Shown: in pieces, positions 1-10,033 of the stretch | Layout of the letters: each line of letters starts with the position of its first letter | Position numbering within the stretch: the stretch's first letter is position 1 | Assembly: GCA_902788445.1 (NCBI GenBank) | Contig: CADAKE010000007.1 | Location: 1,182-65,181, forward strand | Direction: 5' to 3' | Length of the DNA: 64,000 nt | Source: an uncultured Eubacteriales bacterium | Lineage (GTDB): Bacteria; Bacillota; Clostridia; Christensenellales; Aristaeellaceae | Translations under genes and position numbers: made by a program | The notes under the pieces: generated by a model | What the model was told of the DNA's origin: nothing | What the model saw: the letters and a program-made list of their open reading frames with translations, nothing else | The model's database searches: none

Positions 1-81
1 CATGTTCACCTGCACGAGCAGGCGCAGGATGCCAGGAATATCCCGCTTCTCCGCCCGGCGAATCGTGTTGTGATCCATCAT
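1..81 (-). CDS. GNAT-family N-acetyltransferase, N-terminal fragment (gene runs off the window start)
   Basis: Minus-strand ATG at 81 overlaps the plsC stop (ATGA). The translation MMDHNTIRRAEKRDIPGILRLLVQVN resembles GNAT N-termini. Only 27 codons are visible. Confidence 0.35.
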   Translation of the reverse strand, partial: MMDHNTIRRAEKRDIPGILRLLVQVNM

Positions 82-746
82 TTCTTTCTGTTCTCCTGCT
101 CCTTGCGCAGATCAAAGAAGGCGTTCCGAATGCGGCTGCACAGCGCTTCCACCACTTCGGTATTAAACCCCTGGGCGGAGAGATCGGAAATGTCCATGGG
201 CTCGCCGATGTAGACGTGGTTGAAGCGCAGGAAGCGGGGCTTGGATTCGATGTACACCGGCAGAATCGGCACCTTCGCCCGCAGGGCCAGCACCGCCGCG
301 CCGGTTTCCACTTCCTCCATCAAATCCTTGTGGTGGCGTGTGCCCTCCGGGAAAATGCCCAGCACGTAGCCCTCCCGCAAGGTTTTAGCGCACAGGCGCA
401 TGGCGGCCATGTCGGAATTGTGCCTGTCCACGGTGATCATGTGCAGCCCGGCCAGCAGCTTGGTAATGAAGGGGTTGACGTTCAGTTCCTTCTTGCCCAC
501 AAACCGGACTTCATACTTCTTGCAGGGATAGGCCAGGATCAGCGGGTCAAGCGCGCTCTGGTGGTTGGACATGGTGATGTACGGCCCTTGCAGGGCATAG
601 CGCTCCTTGTGATAATACTTCACCGGGAAAATCGTGTGCACGCCAATCCAGGCCACGATCCGCGCGAGGGTGTAAATGAAGGTGCGTTCCTTTTCCGGAG
701 GAACCTTCTTTTCCGGTTCCTTTTTCGCTTCCGCTGGATTGCTCAT
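78..746 (-). CDS. plsC: 1-acyl-sn-glycerol-3-phosphate acyltransferase
   Basis: Acyltransferase HX4D motif (NHQSALD) and FPEGTR motif. The 222-aa ORF is translationally coupled to cmk. Confidence 0.85.
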   Translation of the reverse strand: MSNPAEAKKEPEKKVPPEKERTFIYTLARIVAWIGVHTIFPVKYYHKERYALQGPYITMSNHQSALDPLILAYPCKKYEVRFVGKKELNVNPFITKLLAGLHMITVDRHNSDMAAMRLCAKTLREGYVLGIFPEGTRHHKDLMEEVETGAAVLALRAKVPILPVYIESKPRFLRFNHVYIGEPMDISDLSAQGFNTEVVEALCSRIRNAFFDLRKEQENRKK

Positions 747-1414
747 CGCTTTGCCTCCACGAGAGAAAGAATCGCCTGAACAGTTTGTTCAAAAGTCAGA
801 TCGGAGGAATCCACCAGCACCGCGTCCTCGGCCCGGCGAAGCGGGGTCACTTCCCGGTGCATGTCCTGATAATCCCGTGCGTTGACCTCTTGCAGGATTT
901 CTTCAAACGGCGTTTCGTCGCCCTTTTCCCTGAGTTGCAGCATCCGGCGCTGGGCCCGGGCTTCCGGGGTGGCGGTCAGGTAGATTTTCACCGTGGCGTT
1001 GGGCAGCACGACGGTGCCAATGTCGCGCCCGTCCAGCAGCATGGGCTGTTCCTTCGCCATTTCCTGCTGGCGCCGCACCATGACGCGCCGCACTTCCCTG
1101 TATTTGGACACCGTGGACGTGGCCTGGCCTACCTCCTGGGTGCGGATGAGGCCGCTCACGTCCCGTCCGTTCAGCAGCGTTTTCTGGGTTCCGTTTTCAT
1201 ATTGCACGCTGACCTGCGCTTCCTCTTTTCCGCACAGGGCGGACACGGACGCTTCGTCGTTCAGGTCGAGGCCCGCTTCCATAGCGCACAGGCCGAACGC
1301 CCGGTACATGGCCCCGGTGTCCAGGTGCAGGATGCCCAGGCGCTTGGCGACCTCGTCGGAGATGGTGGATTTTCCCGCGCCCACCGGCCCGTCAATGGCG
1401 ATGGTTAATGGCAT
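743..1414 (-). CDS. cmk: cytidylate kinase
   Basis: IAIDGPVGAGKSTISDEVAKRLGILHLDTGAMYRA P-loop and CMP-kinase signature; 223 aa. Confidence 0.95.
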   Translation of the reverse strand: MPLTIAIDGPVGAGKSTISDEVAKRLGILHLDTGAMYRAFGLCAMEAGLDLNDEASVSALCGKEEAQVSVQYENGTQKTLLNGRDVSGLIRTQEVGQATSTVSKYREVRRVMVRRQQEMAKEQPMLLDGRDIGTVVLPNATVKIYLTATPEARAQRRMLQLREKGDETPFEEILQEVNARDYQDMHREVTPLRRAEDAVLVDSSDLTFEQTVQAILSLVEAKR

Positions 1415-1465
1415 GTGTAACCCCTCCTGCTTTTGTTATATGAAAAACATAATCAAAACCTTGAT

Positions 1466-1571
1466 GTAGGGGCGGATATCATCCGCCCGTTGTCTGTAAT
1501 TCTTTTTAACTGTGACATTTCAAACCGTCTGTAATGCTTCACATAAACGGGCGGATAATATCCGCCCCTAC
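1466..1571. repeat. Pair of 26-nt inverted-repeat arms, each itself a GC-rich palindrome (possible hslU terminator plus cmk leader hairpin or operator pair)
   Basis: Arm 1466-1491 is GTAGGGGCGGATATCATCCGCCCGTT. Arm 1546-1571 is AACGGGCGGATAATATCCGCCCCTAC, its reverse complement with 1 mismatch. Each contains GGGCGGAT..ATCCGCCC. The 54-nt AT-rich spacer holds the direct repeat GTCTGTAAT twice. Confidence 0.85.
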
Positions 1572-1585
1572 GAGGCGTTGATAGA

Positions 1586-2986
1586 TTACAAAATATATCT
1601 CCGCATATCCATTTCTTTTGCGGTTTTCAGGTGTTCCTTCACATAGTCCGCCGTGATGGTGAGGTACACGTCGGGCATGTTGTCCCCGCCCGCGTTGAAG
1701 GAAACGTCCTCCAGCAGTTCCTCAAACACCGCGTGGAGCCTGCGCGCGCCGATGTCCTCGCCCATTTCGTTGCTCAGCATGGCGATCTTGGAAATCTCGT
1801 TCAGCGCGTCGTCGTCGAAGGTCAGGTGCACCTTGTCCACTTCCAGCAGGGCGGTGTACTGCCGGGTGACGGCGTTATCTGTTTTCGTCAGGATGGCGAC
1901 AAAATCCTCCTGGGTCAGGGATTTCAAATTGACGTGCACCGGGAAGCGGCCCTGGAGCTCGGGGATCAGATCGTTGACCTTCGCCACGTGGAACGCGCCC
2001 GCGCCGATGAACAGCATGAAATCCGTGCGCACGGGGCCGTACTTGGTGTTCACCGTGGAGCCCTCCACGATGGGCAGGATATCGCGCTGCACGCCCTCGC
2101 GGCTCACGTCCGGGCCGCCCATGGCGGAGCGGCCGGCGATCTTGTCGATCTCGTCCAGGAACACGATGCCGCTTTGCTCACAGCGGCGGATGGCTTCTTC
2201 CTTCACCGCGTCCTCGTCGATCAGCTTCTGGGATTCCTCCTGGATGAGGATTTCCCGCGCTTCCTTCACCTTCACATGGCGCAGCTTGGTGCGCTTGGGC
2301 ATCATGCCGCCCATCATGTCGCCGATGCTGATGGACGCGCCGCCGACCTCCAGCTGGGGTGCGGCTTCCTCCACCTCGATTTCCAGTTCGTGGTCTTCCA
2401 GCTTGCCGGAACGGAGCTGCTCCAGCAGTTCGCCGCGCTTGCGGCTGATTTCCACTTTTTCCTCTTCGGTGGGTTCGGGCTCCTGCTTGGCGCGGCCCAG
2501 GAGCACGTCCAGGGGATTGTTGGAGGCGGTGTTTTTCTTCACCGGGTGCATGAGCAGCGTCACCAGCCGGTCTTCCGCCAGCACCTGGGCCCTCGTCTTG
2601 ACCCGCGCCACGTGCTCGTCCTTCACCATGCGCACGGCGTTTTCCGCCAGGTCGCGGATGATGGATTCCACGTCGCGGCCCACATAGCCAACCTCGGTAA
2701 ACTTGGTAGCTTCCACTTTAATGAAGGGTGCCTCTACTAACTTGGCTAAACGCCGGGCGATTTCCGTTTTGCCAACGCCGGTGGGGCCGATCATCAGAAT
2801 ATTCTTGGGATAAATTTCTTCCCGCATTTCGGGAGAAAGCTGGCTCCGGCGGTAGCGGTTCCGCAGGGCGATGGCCACGGCGCGCTTGGCGTCATCCTGG
2901 CCGATGATGTAGCGGTCCAGTTCCCGCACGACCTCCCGGGGCGTCAGTTCCCGGTTGCGGCCCGGCAGGTTCTTCACTTCGCTCAT
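1586..2986 (-). CDS. hslU: ATP-dependent protease ATPase subunit HslU
   Basis: LTPREVVRELDRYIIGQDDAKRAVAIALRNRYRR, Walker A GPTGVGKT, 466 aa, directly downstream of hslV. Confidence 0.95.
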   Translation of the reverse strand: MSEVKNLPGRNRELTPREVVRELDRYIIGQDDAKRAVAIALRNRYRRSQLSPEMREEIYPKNILMIGPTGVGKTEIARRLAKLVEAPFIKVEATKFTEVGYVGRDVESIIRDLAENAVRMVKDEHVARVKTRAQVLAEDRLVTLLMHPVKKNTASNNPLDVLLGRAKQEPEPTEEEKVEISRKRGELLEQLRSGKLEDHELEIEVEEAAPQLEVGGASISIGDMMGGMMPKRTKLRHVKVKEAREILIQEESQKLIDEDAVKEEAIRRCEQSGIVFLDEIDKIAGRSAMGGPDVSREGVQRDILPIVEGSTVNTKYGPVRTDFMLFIGAGAFHVAKVNDLIPELQGRFPVHVNLKSLTQEDFVAILTKTDNAVTRQYTALLEVDKVHLTFDDDALNEISKIAMLSNEMGEDIGARRLHAVFEELLEDVSFNAGGDNMPDVYLTITADYVKEHLKTAKEMDMRRYIL

Positions 2987-2989
2987 GAT

Positions 2990-3523
2990 TTACACCTCCT
3001 CCACGATGACGTTGTCATTGGTATACACGCAGATAGACGCGGCGATGTGCAGCGCCTTTTCCGCGATTTCCTTGGCGCTCAGATCGGTATTCTGCACCAG
3101 CGCCCGCGCCGCGGCCAGGGCGTAATTGCCGCCCGAGCCGATGGCCGCCACGCCATCGTCGGGGTCGATGACCTCGCCGGTGCCGCTGACGATCAGCATG
3201 CTTTCCTTGTTCGCCACGATCAGCATGGCTTCCAATTGGCGCAGGCCCTTGTCGCCGCGCCAGTCCTGGGCCAGCATCACGGCAGCCCGTTCCAGGTTGC
3301 CGCCGCACTGGGTCAGCTTGTCCTCAAACCGTTCGCAAAGGCTGAACGCGTCGGCCACGGAGCCCGCAAAGCCTGTCACCACGCTGTCGTTATAAATGCG
3401 TCGCACCTTCCGCGCGGTGGCCTTGAATACCGTATGCTCGCCCATCGTCACCTGGCCGTCGCCCGCTACGGCAATCTTGCCGTCCTTCTTCACGGCGCAG
3501 ATGGTGGTTCCCATCATTTTCAT
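2990..3523 (-). CDS. hslV: ATP-dependent protease subunit HslV
   Basis: [26 protein letters not shown] (N-terminal Thr nucleophile region). Start moved to the ATG at 3523, which has GGAGGA 7 nt upstream; the ORF-track start at 3565 lacks an RBS. Confidence 0.9.
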   Translation of the reverse strand: MKMMGTTICAVKKDGKIAVAGDGQVTMGEHTVFKATARKVRRIYNDSVVTGFAGSVADAFSLCERFEDKLTQCGGNLERAAVMLAQDWRGDKGLRQLEAMLIVANKESMLIVSGTGEVIDPDDGVAAIGSGGNYALAAARALVQNTDLSAKEIAEKALHIAASICVYTNDNVIVEEV

Positions 3524-3606
3524 CGGTTTATCCTCCGTAATGGAAATTAGTCTTTCTTTGACCATTTCATATCATAACAGACTTTTGCCCATTTGACAAG
3601 TCATTA

Positions 3607-4908
3607 TCACATTTCTAATGCAATTTTCATTTGATCGACTGTTTCCAGCGCCCGGCTGGCGATCTTTTCATACCGGGCCTGCTTGCCGCCGCGCACCTTT
3701 TCCGGCCAGGAATCCATGATGCCGTAGGTGACGTTCATGGGCTGGAAGCTCTGGTTCTGCGCGGACACATAATGCGCCAGCGCCCCAAGGGCGGTGGTGC
3801 GCGGGAAGTCGGGCAGAGGTCTCCCCTGCTGCTGCATGGCCGCGCAGATGCCCGCCACCATGCCGCTGCCCGCGCTTTCCACATAGCCTTCCACGCCGGT
3901 CATCTGGCCCGCGAAGTACAGGCCGGGGCGGGAAATCATCTGGTAATGGCTGTCCAATAATCCGGGGCTGTTCAGGAAGGTGTTGCGGTGCATGACGCCG
4001 TAGCGGGCGAACTCCGCGTTCTCCAAGCCGGGAATCATGCCGAACACCCGCTTCTGCTCTGGGAATTTCAGCCGGGTCTGGAAGCCCACCAGGTTATACA
4101 GTGTCCCAGCCGCGTCGTCCTGGCGAAGCTGCACCACGGCGTAGGGGTCTTTTCCGGTTCTCGGGTCTGGCAAACCCACCGGTTTCAGTGGCCCGAAAGC
4201 CAGCACCATGTGGCCCCGCCGGGCCATGGACTCTACCGGCATACAACCCTCGAACACCTTCTTTTCCTCAAAGCCGTGGATGGGCGCGGTCTCCGCGTTC
4301 AGCAGCGCCTGCACAAAGGCGTCGTATTCCTCACGGCTCATGGGGCAGTTGAGGTAATCGTCTCCCCGGCCATAGCGGGACGCGCGGTAGACCTTGCTCA
4401 TGTCCAGGGATTCCGCCGTCACGATGGGGGCCGCCGCGTCGTAAAAGTTCAGGGTGCTGACCTCCGGCATGGCGGCGATGGCCTCCGCCAGCGCGTCGCT
4501 GGTGAGCGGCCCGGTGGCGATGATGGCGGGGGCATCGGGGATTTCCTTTACTTCCCTGGCCTCGAAAGTGACCAGGGGATGGTTTTTCAGCGTGTCGGTG
4601 ATATACCCGGAAAACGTGTCCCTGTCCACCGCCAGCGCCCCGCCCGCGGGCACCCTTGCCTTGTCCGCCGCCGCCAGCACCAGGGAATCCATGCGGCGCA
4701 TTTCCTCTTTCAGCAGGCCCACGGCGTTTTGCAGCCGGTCGGAGCGCAGGGAATTGGAGCAGACCAGTTCCGCAAACAGCGGCGAATGGTGGGCGGGGCT
4801 GTAGTTTTCTGGCTTTTGCTCGATCAGCGTCACGGGGATGCCCCGCTTCACCAGCTGCCACGCGGCCTCGCAGCCCGCCAGCCCCGCGCCGATGACGGTG
4901 ACGCTCAT
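3607..4908 (-). CDS. trmFO: methylenetetrahydrofolate--tRNA-(uracil-5)-methyltransferase
   Basis: [20 protein letters not shown]-binding N-terminus; 433 aa; conserved position after topA. Confidence 0.95.
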   Translation of the reverse strand: MSVTVIGAGLAGCEAAWQLVKRGIPVTLIEQKPENYSPAHHSPLFAELVCSNSLRSDRLQNAVGLLKEEMRRMDSLVLAAADKARVPAGGALAVDRDTFSGYITDTLKNHPLVTFEAREVKEIPDAPAIIATGPLTSDALAEAIAAMPEVSTLNFYDAAAPIVTAESLDMSKVYRASRYGRGDDYLNCPMSREEYDAFVQALLNAETAPIHGFEEKKVFEGCMPVESMARRGHMVLAFGPLKPVGLPDPRTGKDPYAVVQLRQDDAAGTLYNLVGFQTRLKFPEQKRVFGMIPGLENAEFARYGVMHRNTFLNSPGLLDSHYQMISRPGLYFAGQMTGVEGYVESAGSGMVAGICAAMQQQGRPLPDFPRTTALGALAHYVSAQNQSFQPMNVTYGIMDSWPEKVRGGKQARYEKIASRALETVDQMKIALEM

Positions 4909-7031
4909 GCCTCGTCCTCCGTTTCCTCCGGCGCCTTCACCTCCACCCGGTGGCGGCAGGTTTCATTGCTGCACAGATACCAGGTCTCCCCCTTGCGGGA
5001 GCGCTTGAGCGTCATGTAACTGCCGCACTTTTCGCACTTCTGGTCAACCGGCATCTCCCAGGACACGAAATCGCATTCAGGGTAGTTTTCGCACCCGTAG
5101 AACTTGCGGTTCTTGCGGCTGGTCTTTTCCAGCAGCCGCCCGCCGCACTTGGGGCACTTGGCCTCAATATAGGTCAGGATGGGCTTGGTGTTCCGGCAGT
5201 CCGGGAAATTGGGGCAGGCCAGGAATTTGCCGAACCGCCCCACGCGGTACACCATCTGGGCCCCGCACTTATCGCAGATCACATCACTGGGCTCGTCCTT
5301 GATTTCCACCTTTTCGATTTCGTCCTCGGCGTGCTTGAGCATCTTTTCAAAGGGCGGGTAGAATTCGCGCAGCACCTTGTGCCAGTCCTCGCCGCCTTCT
5401 TCCACTTCGTCCAGTTCTTCTTCCAGTTCGGCGGTGAATTCCGTGTCCACGATGGGGCCGAAGTATTCGATCATCATGGCGTTGATCGTTCGGCCCAGTT
5501 CCGTGGGATAGAGGCGCTTGTTTTCGCGCATCACGTAGCCCCGGGCAATGATGGTGGTGATGGTCGGGGCGTAGGTGGACGGCCTGCCGATGCCTTTTTC
5601 TTCCAGGGTCTTGACCAGGCTGGCTTCGGTGTAGCGGGCGGGCGGCTGGGTGAAATGCTGCTGGCTCTCCACCGATTCGATGGTGACGGGAGCCCCTTCC
5701 TCAAACTGCGGCAGGGTGGTTTCCGCCGCTTCCTGGGTTTCGTCCGTGCTTTCCTCGTACACACTGGTGAAGCCCGCAAAGCGCTTGTGTTCGCCGTAGA
5801 AGCGCATTCCTACGCCGTCCCCGGCCACGTCCATGCTCATGGTGTCGTACAGGGCGGGCCGCATCTGGCTGGCCAGGAAGCGGGAATAGATTAGGCGGTA
5901 GAGTTGGAACTGCTCTTTGGTCAGCGAAGCTTTGATGGATTCCGGCGTGCGCGTCACGTCCGTCGGGCGGATGGCCTCGTGGGCATCCTGGGCATTGCGG
6001 CGGCCCTTAAATTCATTGGGCGTTTCGGGCAGGTATTCCGCGCCGAAGCGTTCCGGGATGTAAGCCCGCACGGCGTCCAGCGCTTCCTGCGACACGCGCA
6101 CGCTGTCGGTACGGATGTAGGTCACGATGCCCTGGGTGCCCTCGCCCTCCAGATCGACGCCTTCGTAAAGCTGCTGCACCACCTGCATGGTCTTTTGCGT
6201 AGTGAAATTCAGCTTGCGGCCCGCCTCTTGCTGCAAGGAGGAGGTGGTGAACGGCGGCGCGGGCACCTTTTTCTTTTCCCCGTGCTTGATGCCATACACC
6301 GCGAACCGGGCGTTTTCCACGCGCTTCTGCGCTTCCTGAGCCTGGGCTTCGTTGTGGAGCTCGGCCTTTTCGCCGTCCAGGGTGTTGAGGCGGAGCAGGA
6401 ACGTGGTCTTGCGGCCCCGGGCGCTGGGCAGGAGGGCGTTGGCGGTGATGTCCCAATATTCCTCGGGGATGAAATCCTCGATGTCCTGTTCGCGGTCGAC
6501 CACCAGCCGGGTGGCGACGGACTGCACGCGCCCGGCGCTCAGGCCCTTTTTCACCTTGGCCCACAGCAGCGGGCTGATCTTGTAGCCCACCAGCCGGTCC
6601 AGGGCGCGGCGGGCCTGCTGGGCGTCCACCCGCTCCATGTCGATGGGCCGGGGATTTTTCAGCGCGTTTTCCACAGCCTTTGCCGTCACTTCGTGGAATT
6701 CGATGCGGCAGGGCGCGGTCACGTCCATGCCCAGGGTCTGGGCCAGATGCCAGGAAATGGCTTCTCCCTCGCGGTCAGGGTCGGTCGCCAGGTAGATTTT
6801 GGAAGCGTTCTTCGCTTCCTTGCGGATCTTGGTCAAAATCTTGCCCCGGCCATGGATGGTGATGTATTTCATGGCGAAGTCCTGATCCACGTCCACGCCC
6901 AATTGGGACTTGGGCAGGTCGCGCACATGCCCCTGAGACGCCTCCACCTTGTAGCCTCGCCCCAGGAATTTTGCGATGGTGCGCGCCTTGGCGGGAGATT
7001 CCACGATAATCAGTTTCGATGCAGTTGCCAC
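4905..7031 (-). CDS. topA: DNA topoisomerase I
   Basis: [18 protein letters not shown] Toprim start and C-terminal Cys4 zinc ribbons ([25 protein letters not shown]). GTG start with GGAGG RBS. Confidence 0.95.
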   Translation of the reverse strand: MATASKLIIVESPAKARTIAKFLGRGYKVEASQGHVRDLPKSQLGVDVDQDFAMKYITIHGRGKILTKIRKEAKNASKIYLATDPDREGEAISWHLAQTLGMDVTAPCRIEFHEVTAKAVENALKNPRPIDMERVDAQQARRALDRLVGYKISPLLWAKVKKGLSAGRVQSVATRLVVDREQDIEDFIPEEYWDITANALLPSARGRKTTFLLRLNTLDGEKAELHNEAQAQEAQKRVENARFAVYGIKHGEKKKVPAPPFTTSSLQQEAGRKLNFTTQKTMQVVQQLYEGVDLEGEGTQGIVTYIRTDSVRVSQEALDAVRAYIPERFGAEYLPETPNEFKGRRNAQDAHEAIRPTDVTRTPESIKASLTKEQFQLYRLIYSRFLASQMRPALYDTMSMDVAGDGVGMRFYGEHKRFAGFTSVYEESTDETQEAAETTLPQFEEGAPVTIESVESQQHFTQPPARYTEASLVKTLEEKGIGRPSTYAPTITTIIARGYVMRENKRLYPTELGRTINAMMIEYFGPIVDTEFTAELEEELDEVEEGGEDWHKVLREFYPPFEKMLKHAEDEIEKVEIKDEPSDVICDKCGAQMVYRVGRFGKFLACPNFPDCRNTKPILTYIEAKCPKCGGRLLEKTSRKNRKFYGCENYPECDFVSWEMPVDQKCEKCGSYMTLKRSRKGETWYLCSNETCRHRVEVKAPEETEDEA

Positions 7032-7083
7032 GGTTTTGTTCCTCCAAGTTATTATACTGAAAAAAGTCTATTGCAGGATATAG

Positions 7084-7203
7084 GAGAGTACAGAGTACAG
7101 AGTTCAGAGTGCAGAGTTCAGATAATCTTGTTTTACACTTTATTGTATTATCAAATGCAGAAACAAAAATCTCTGCACTCTGTACTCTGAACTCTGTACT
7201 CTC
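7084..7203. repeat. Heptad-arm hairpin element H1 (unit CAGAGTN)
   Basis: The left arm 7084-7116 (GAGAGTA CAGAGTA CAGAGTT CAGAGTG CAGAG) pairs with the right arm 7171-7203 over 33 positions with 2 mismatches. 54-nt AT-rich spacer. Lies between the dprA stop and the topA start. Confidence 0.9.
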
Positions 7204-7215
7204 AGCTATCATTCG

Positions 7216-8316
7216 TTACCGAACCAAAGCATATGATCGTCCGGCCCTCCGCTCGACCTTGCCGCTGATTTCCAGCATCGTGAGCTGGGCCCCCAGTTCC
7301 CCGGCGGTGCGGCCCGTTTCCGCGATCAGTTCCTCCAGCGTCTTTTCCTCCAGGGCCAGCGCTTTCAGGATGGGATAGTTGGGGTCGTTTTCGTCCATCT
7401 CGGGTTCTTCCGGCAGGAAGGAGGGCTGCTCGGCCCGCTGCTCCTGCCAGCCCATTTGCAGCAGCACGTCCTCCGGGCCGGTGCACAGATACGCCCCATC
7501 CTTCAGCAGCATCAGCGGCAGCTCGCTCCCCGGCGCGTCCACATTGCCCGGCAGGGCGAACACCTCTTTTCGCTGGGCCTGGGCATATTCGATGGTGGTG
7601 TGGGTGCCGCTTTTGAGTTGGGCCTCGATCAAAAGCACGGCGGACGAGAGGCCGGAAATGATGCGGTTCCTGGCGGGAAAATGGTACGGGAGCGGCTGCG
7701 CGTCAGGCGCAAGCTCGGACACGATGGCTCCGCCCTCATCCAGGATACGCTGTGCCAGTTCCTTGTTTTCCGCCGGATACATCCGTCCAAGCCCGCTGCC
7801 CAGCACCGCCACGGTGGGGCCGCCGCCGTCCAGCGCGCCCTGGTGGGAAGCCGCGTCAATGCCGCGGGCCAGACCGCTGACGACGCAAACGCCCTTTTCC
7901 GCAAGTCCTTTCGCAATCCGCCGGGCCTGAGAAGAACCGTACCGCGTCGCCCGGCGGGAACCCACCATGGCGATGGAACGGGCGAAATCCTTCGGCAGCG
8001 AACCCCGGACAAATAATACGTCCGGCGGGTTCTGGATATGAAGCAGCGGCTCAGGATACCCTTCCTCCCCGAAAAAGACGGGAAAAGCCTTTAAGCCTTC
8101 CAGCGCCTGCCATACCCGGGAACACCGCGACGCGCGAAGGTCGGCCAGGTAAGCGAAGGTTTCCTCGCCCAGCAGTTCATAGTATTGCGGCGTAAAGCTT
8201 TCCCATACGCCCATCGCCCCGCCGCGCTGTTCTTTCAGCGCGTCCAACCTGTTCCACGCGGCCATCGGCGCGCATTGCAGCCACAGCCGGGCCAGATGTT
8301 CGCGGGAATCATCCAT
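7216..8316 (-). CDS. dprA: DNA-processing protein DprA (Smf)
   Basis: MVGSRRATRYG, GLARGIDAASHQGAL and FPARNRIISGLS motifs; 366 aa. Confidence 0.9.
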   Translation of the reverse strand: MDDSREHLARLWLQCAPMAAWNRLDALKEQRGGAMGVWESFTPQYYELLGEETFAYLADLRASRCSRVWQALEGLKAFPVFFGEEGYPEPLLHIQNPPDVLFVRGSLPKDFARSIAMVGSRRATRYGSSQARRIAKGLAEKGVCVVSGLARGIDAASHQGALDGGGPTVAVLGSGLGRMYPAENKELAQRILDEGGAIVSELAPDAQPLPYHFPARNRIISGLSSAVLLIEAQLKSGTHTTIEYAQAQRKEVFALPGNVDAPGSELPLMLLKDGAYLCTGPEDVLLQMGWQEQRAEQPSFLPEEPEMDENDPNYPILKALALEEKTLEELIAETGRTAGELGAQLTMLEISGKVERRAGRSYALVR

Positions 8317-8317
8317 A

Positions 8318-9853
8318 TTATATCCCCCAATACTTGCTGTCCAGCGCCCGGTACTGAATGGCCTCGGCGATGTGGACAGGCTGGATCTCCTGTTCCCCGG
8401 CCAGGTCGGCGATGGTGCGGGCCACCTTGATCACGCGGGTGTAGCCGCGCATACTCATGCCCATCTTTTCCACAGCGGCGGTCAGCATTTGCTGCGTTTG
8501 CGTGTTCAGCGGGCAGAACTCCTTCATCATCGCCCCGTCCATCTGCGCGTTGGCGTAAGCGCCGGAAGCGGCAAAGCGCTTTTGCTGGATTTTCCTGGCT
8601 TTCTCCACGCGACCGCGCACGGAGGCGGAGCTTTCCGCCGGTGCGGAGGCGTTGATTTCGCTCACCGGCACCGCGTCCACCTCCACCTGCAAATCAATCC
8701 TGTCCAGCAGCGGGCCGGACACGTGGCTGAGATACCGCCGGATGGCGGCTTCCCCGCAATGGCACTGCCGGATTCTGCTGCCGTAATACCCGCAGGGACA
8801 GGGGTTCATGCCCGCGATCAGCATACAGCGGGAGAGGTACTGCGCCCGGGCCCGCACCCGGGAGATGGTGGCAAAGCCGTCCTCCAATGGCTGGCGCAGG
8901 GCTTCCAGCACGTTCGGCGCGTACTCCGGCAGTTCGTCCAGGAACAAGACGCCGTTATGCGCCAGCGAAATTTCCCCCGGCTTCGCGTCGGTGCCGCCGC
9001 CCACCAGCGCGGGCGCGGACACCGCGTGGTGCGGCGTGCGGAAGGGGCGCTGGGTCATGAGGCCCTGGCCGGGCTTTACCAGGCCCGCCACGGAGTAAAT
9101 GCGCGTAGTTTCGCAGGCTTCCTCAAAGGTCATGGGCGGCAGGATGCCGGGCAGGCACCGGGCCAGCATGGTTTTTCCGCTGCCGGGCACGCCGATCATG
9201 AGCATGTTGTGCCCGCCCGCCGCGGCGATTTCCAAAGCGCGGCGCGCGCCTTGCTGGCCTTTGACCAAAGACAGGTCAAGCATCGGCCTGCTTTCCTTCA
9301 AGGAATCGTTATAAGAGGTTTGAATCTGGGCGCTCAGCGGTTCCTGTCCGCTCAGGTGGCCGATGACTTCGGCCAGATTATTGGCGGGATAAATGAGCAT
9401 CCCGGTCAAAGACTGCGCTTCCGGCGCGTTGCCTTTGGGCAGGATCACGCTTTCGATACCCGCCTGCCGGGCGGCAATCACCATCGAAAGCACCCCGCGC
9501 ACGGGAATCAGGGAGCCGTCTAATCCCAGTTCGCCCAGCAGCAGCGTTTTTTCCAGATGGGGCAGCGCCGCCTGGCGGCTGGCCGCCACGATGGAAACGG
9601 CGATGGGCAGGTCAAAGGCCGCGCCTTCTTTCTTCAAGTCAGCGGGCGACAGGTTCACCGTCACCTTTCCAGCGGGCATGGCAAAGCCGGAATTGCGCAG
9701 CGCGCTGCTGACCCGGTCTTTGCTTTCCCGGACGGCGGTGTCCGGCAGGCCCACCATGGCCCAGTTATACAGGCCGCCCGACACGTCGGTCTCCACCGTC
9801 ACGGGCCGTCCGTCCACCCCTTGCAGGGCGAAACATATCGTTCTTGCCAACAT
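8318..9853 (-). CDS. comM: Mg-chelatase-like ATPase YifB/ComM
   Basis: Lon-like N-domain, Walker A GVPGSGKT, LFLDELPE, C-terminal ChlI-type domain; 511 aa. Confidence 0.9.
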   Translation of the reverse strand: MLARTICFALQGVDGRPVTVETDVSGGLYNWAMVGLPDTAVRESKDRVSSALRNSGFAMPAGKVTVNLSPADLKKEGAAFDLPIAVSIVAASRQAALPHLEKTLLLGELGLDGSLIPVRGVLSMVIAARQAGIESVILPKGNAPEAQSLTGMLIYPANNLAEVIGHLSGQEPLSAQIQTSYNDSLKESRPMLDLSLVKGQQGARRALEIAAAGGHNMLMIGVPGSGKTMLARCLPGILPPMTFEEACETTRIYSVAGLVKPGQGLMTQRPFRTPHHAVSAPALVGGGTDAKPGEISLAHNGVLFLDELPEYAPNVLEALRQPLEDGFATISRVRARAQYLSRCMLIAGMNPCPCGYYGSRIRQCHCGEAAIRRYLSHVSGPLLDRIDLQVEVDAVPVSEINASAPAESSASVRGRVEKARKIQQKRFAASGAYANAQMDGAMMKEFCPLNTQTQQMLTAAVEKMGMSMRGYTRVIKVARTIADLAGEQEIQPVHIAEAIQYRALDSKYWGI

Positions 9854-9917
9854 GGCCCTTTCCCCTTACCTGAAAGCAATCGTAATGAGTCAGTCATTGA
9901 GTCGGGAGTCAATTCAA

Positions 9918-10028
9918 GAGAGAAGTTAGGAGATAAGAGTCAGGAGTTTTATCGTGTCCCGATCAGCAAGCTTCCAGCCTGTGTCCATTGTCCAAGCCAG
10001 ATAACTCCTATCTTCTATCTCCTCACTC
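9918..10028. repeat. Heptad-arm hairpin element H8 (unit TAGGAGA/TAAGAGT, imperfect)
   Basis: The left arm GAGAGAAGTTAGGAGATAAGAGTCAGGAGTT (9918-9948) faces AACTCCTATCTTCTATCTCCTCACTC (10003-10028). It starts 5 nt after the stop of the giant glycosyltransferase gene. Confidence 0.75.
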
Positions 10029-10033
10029 CAAAC

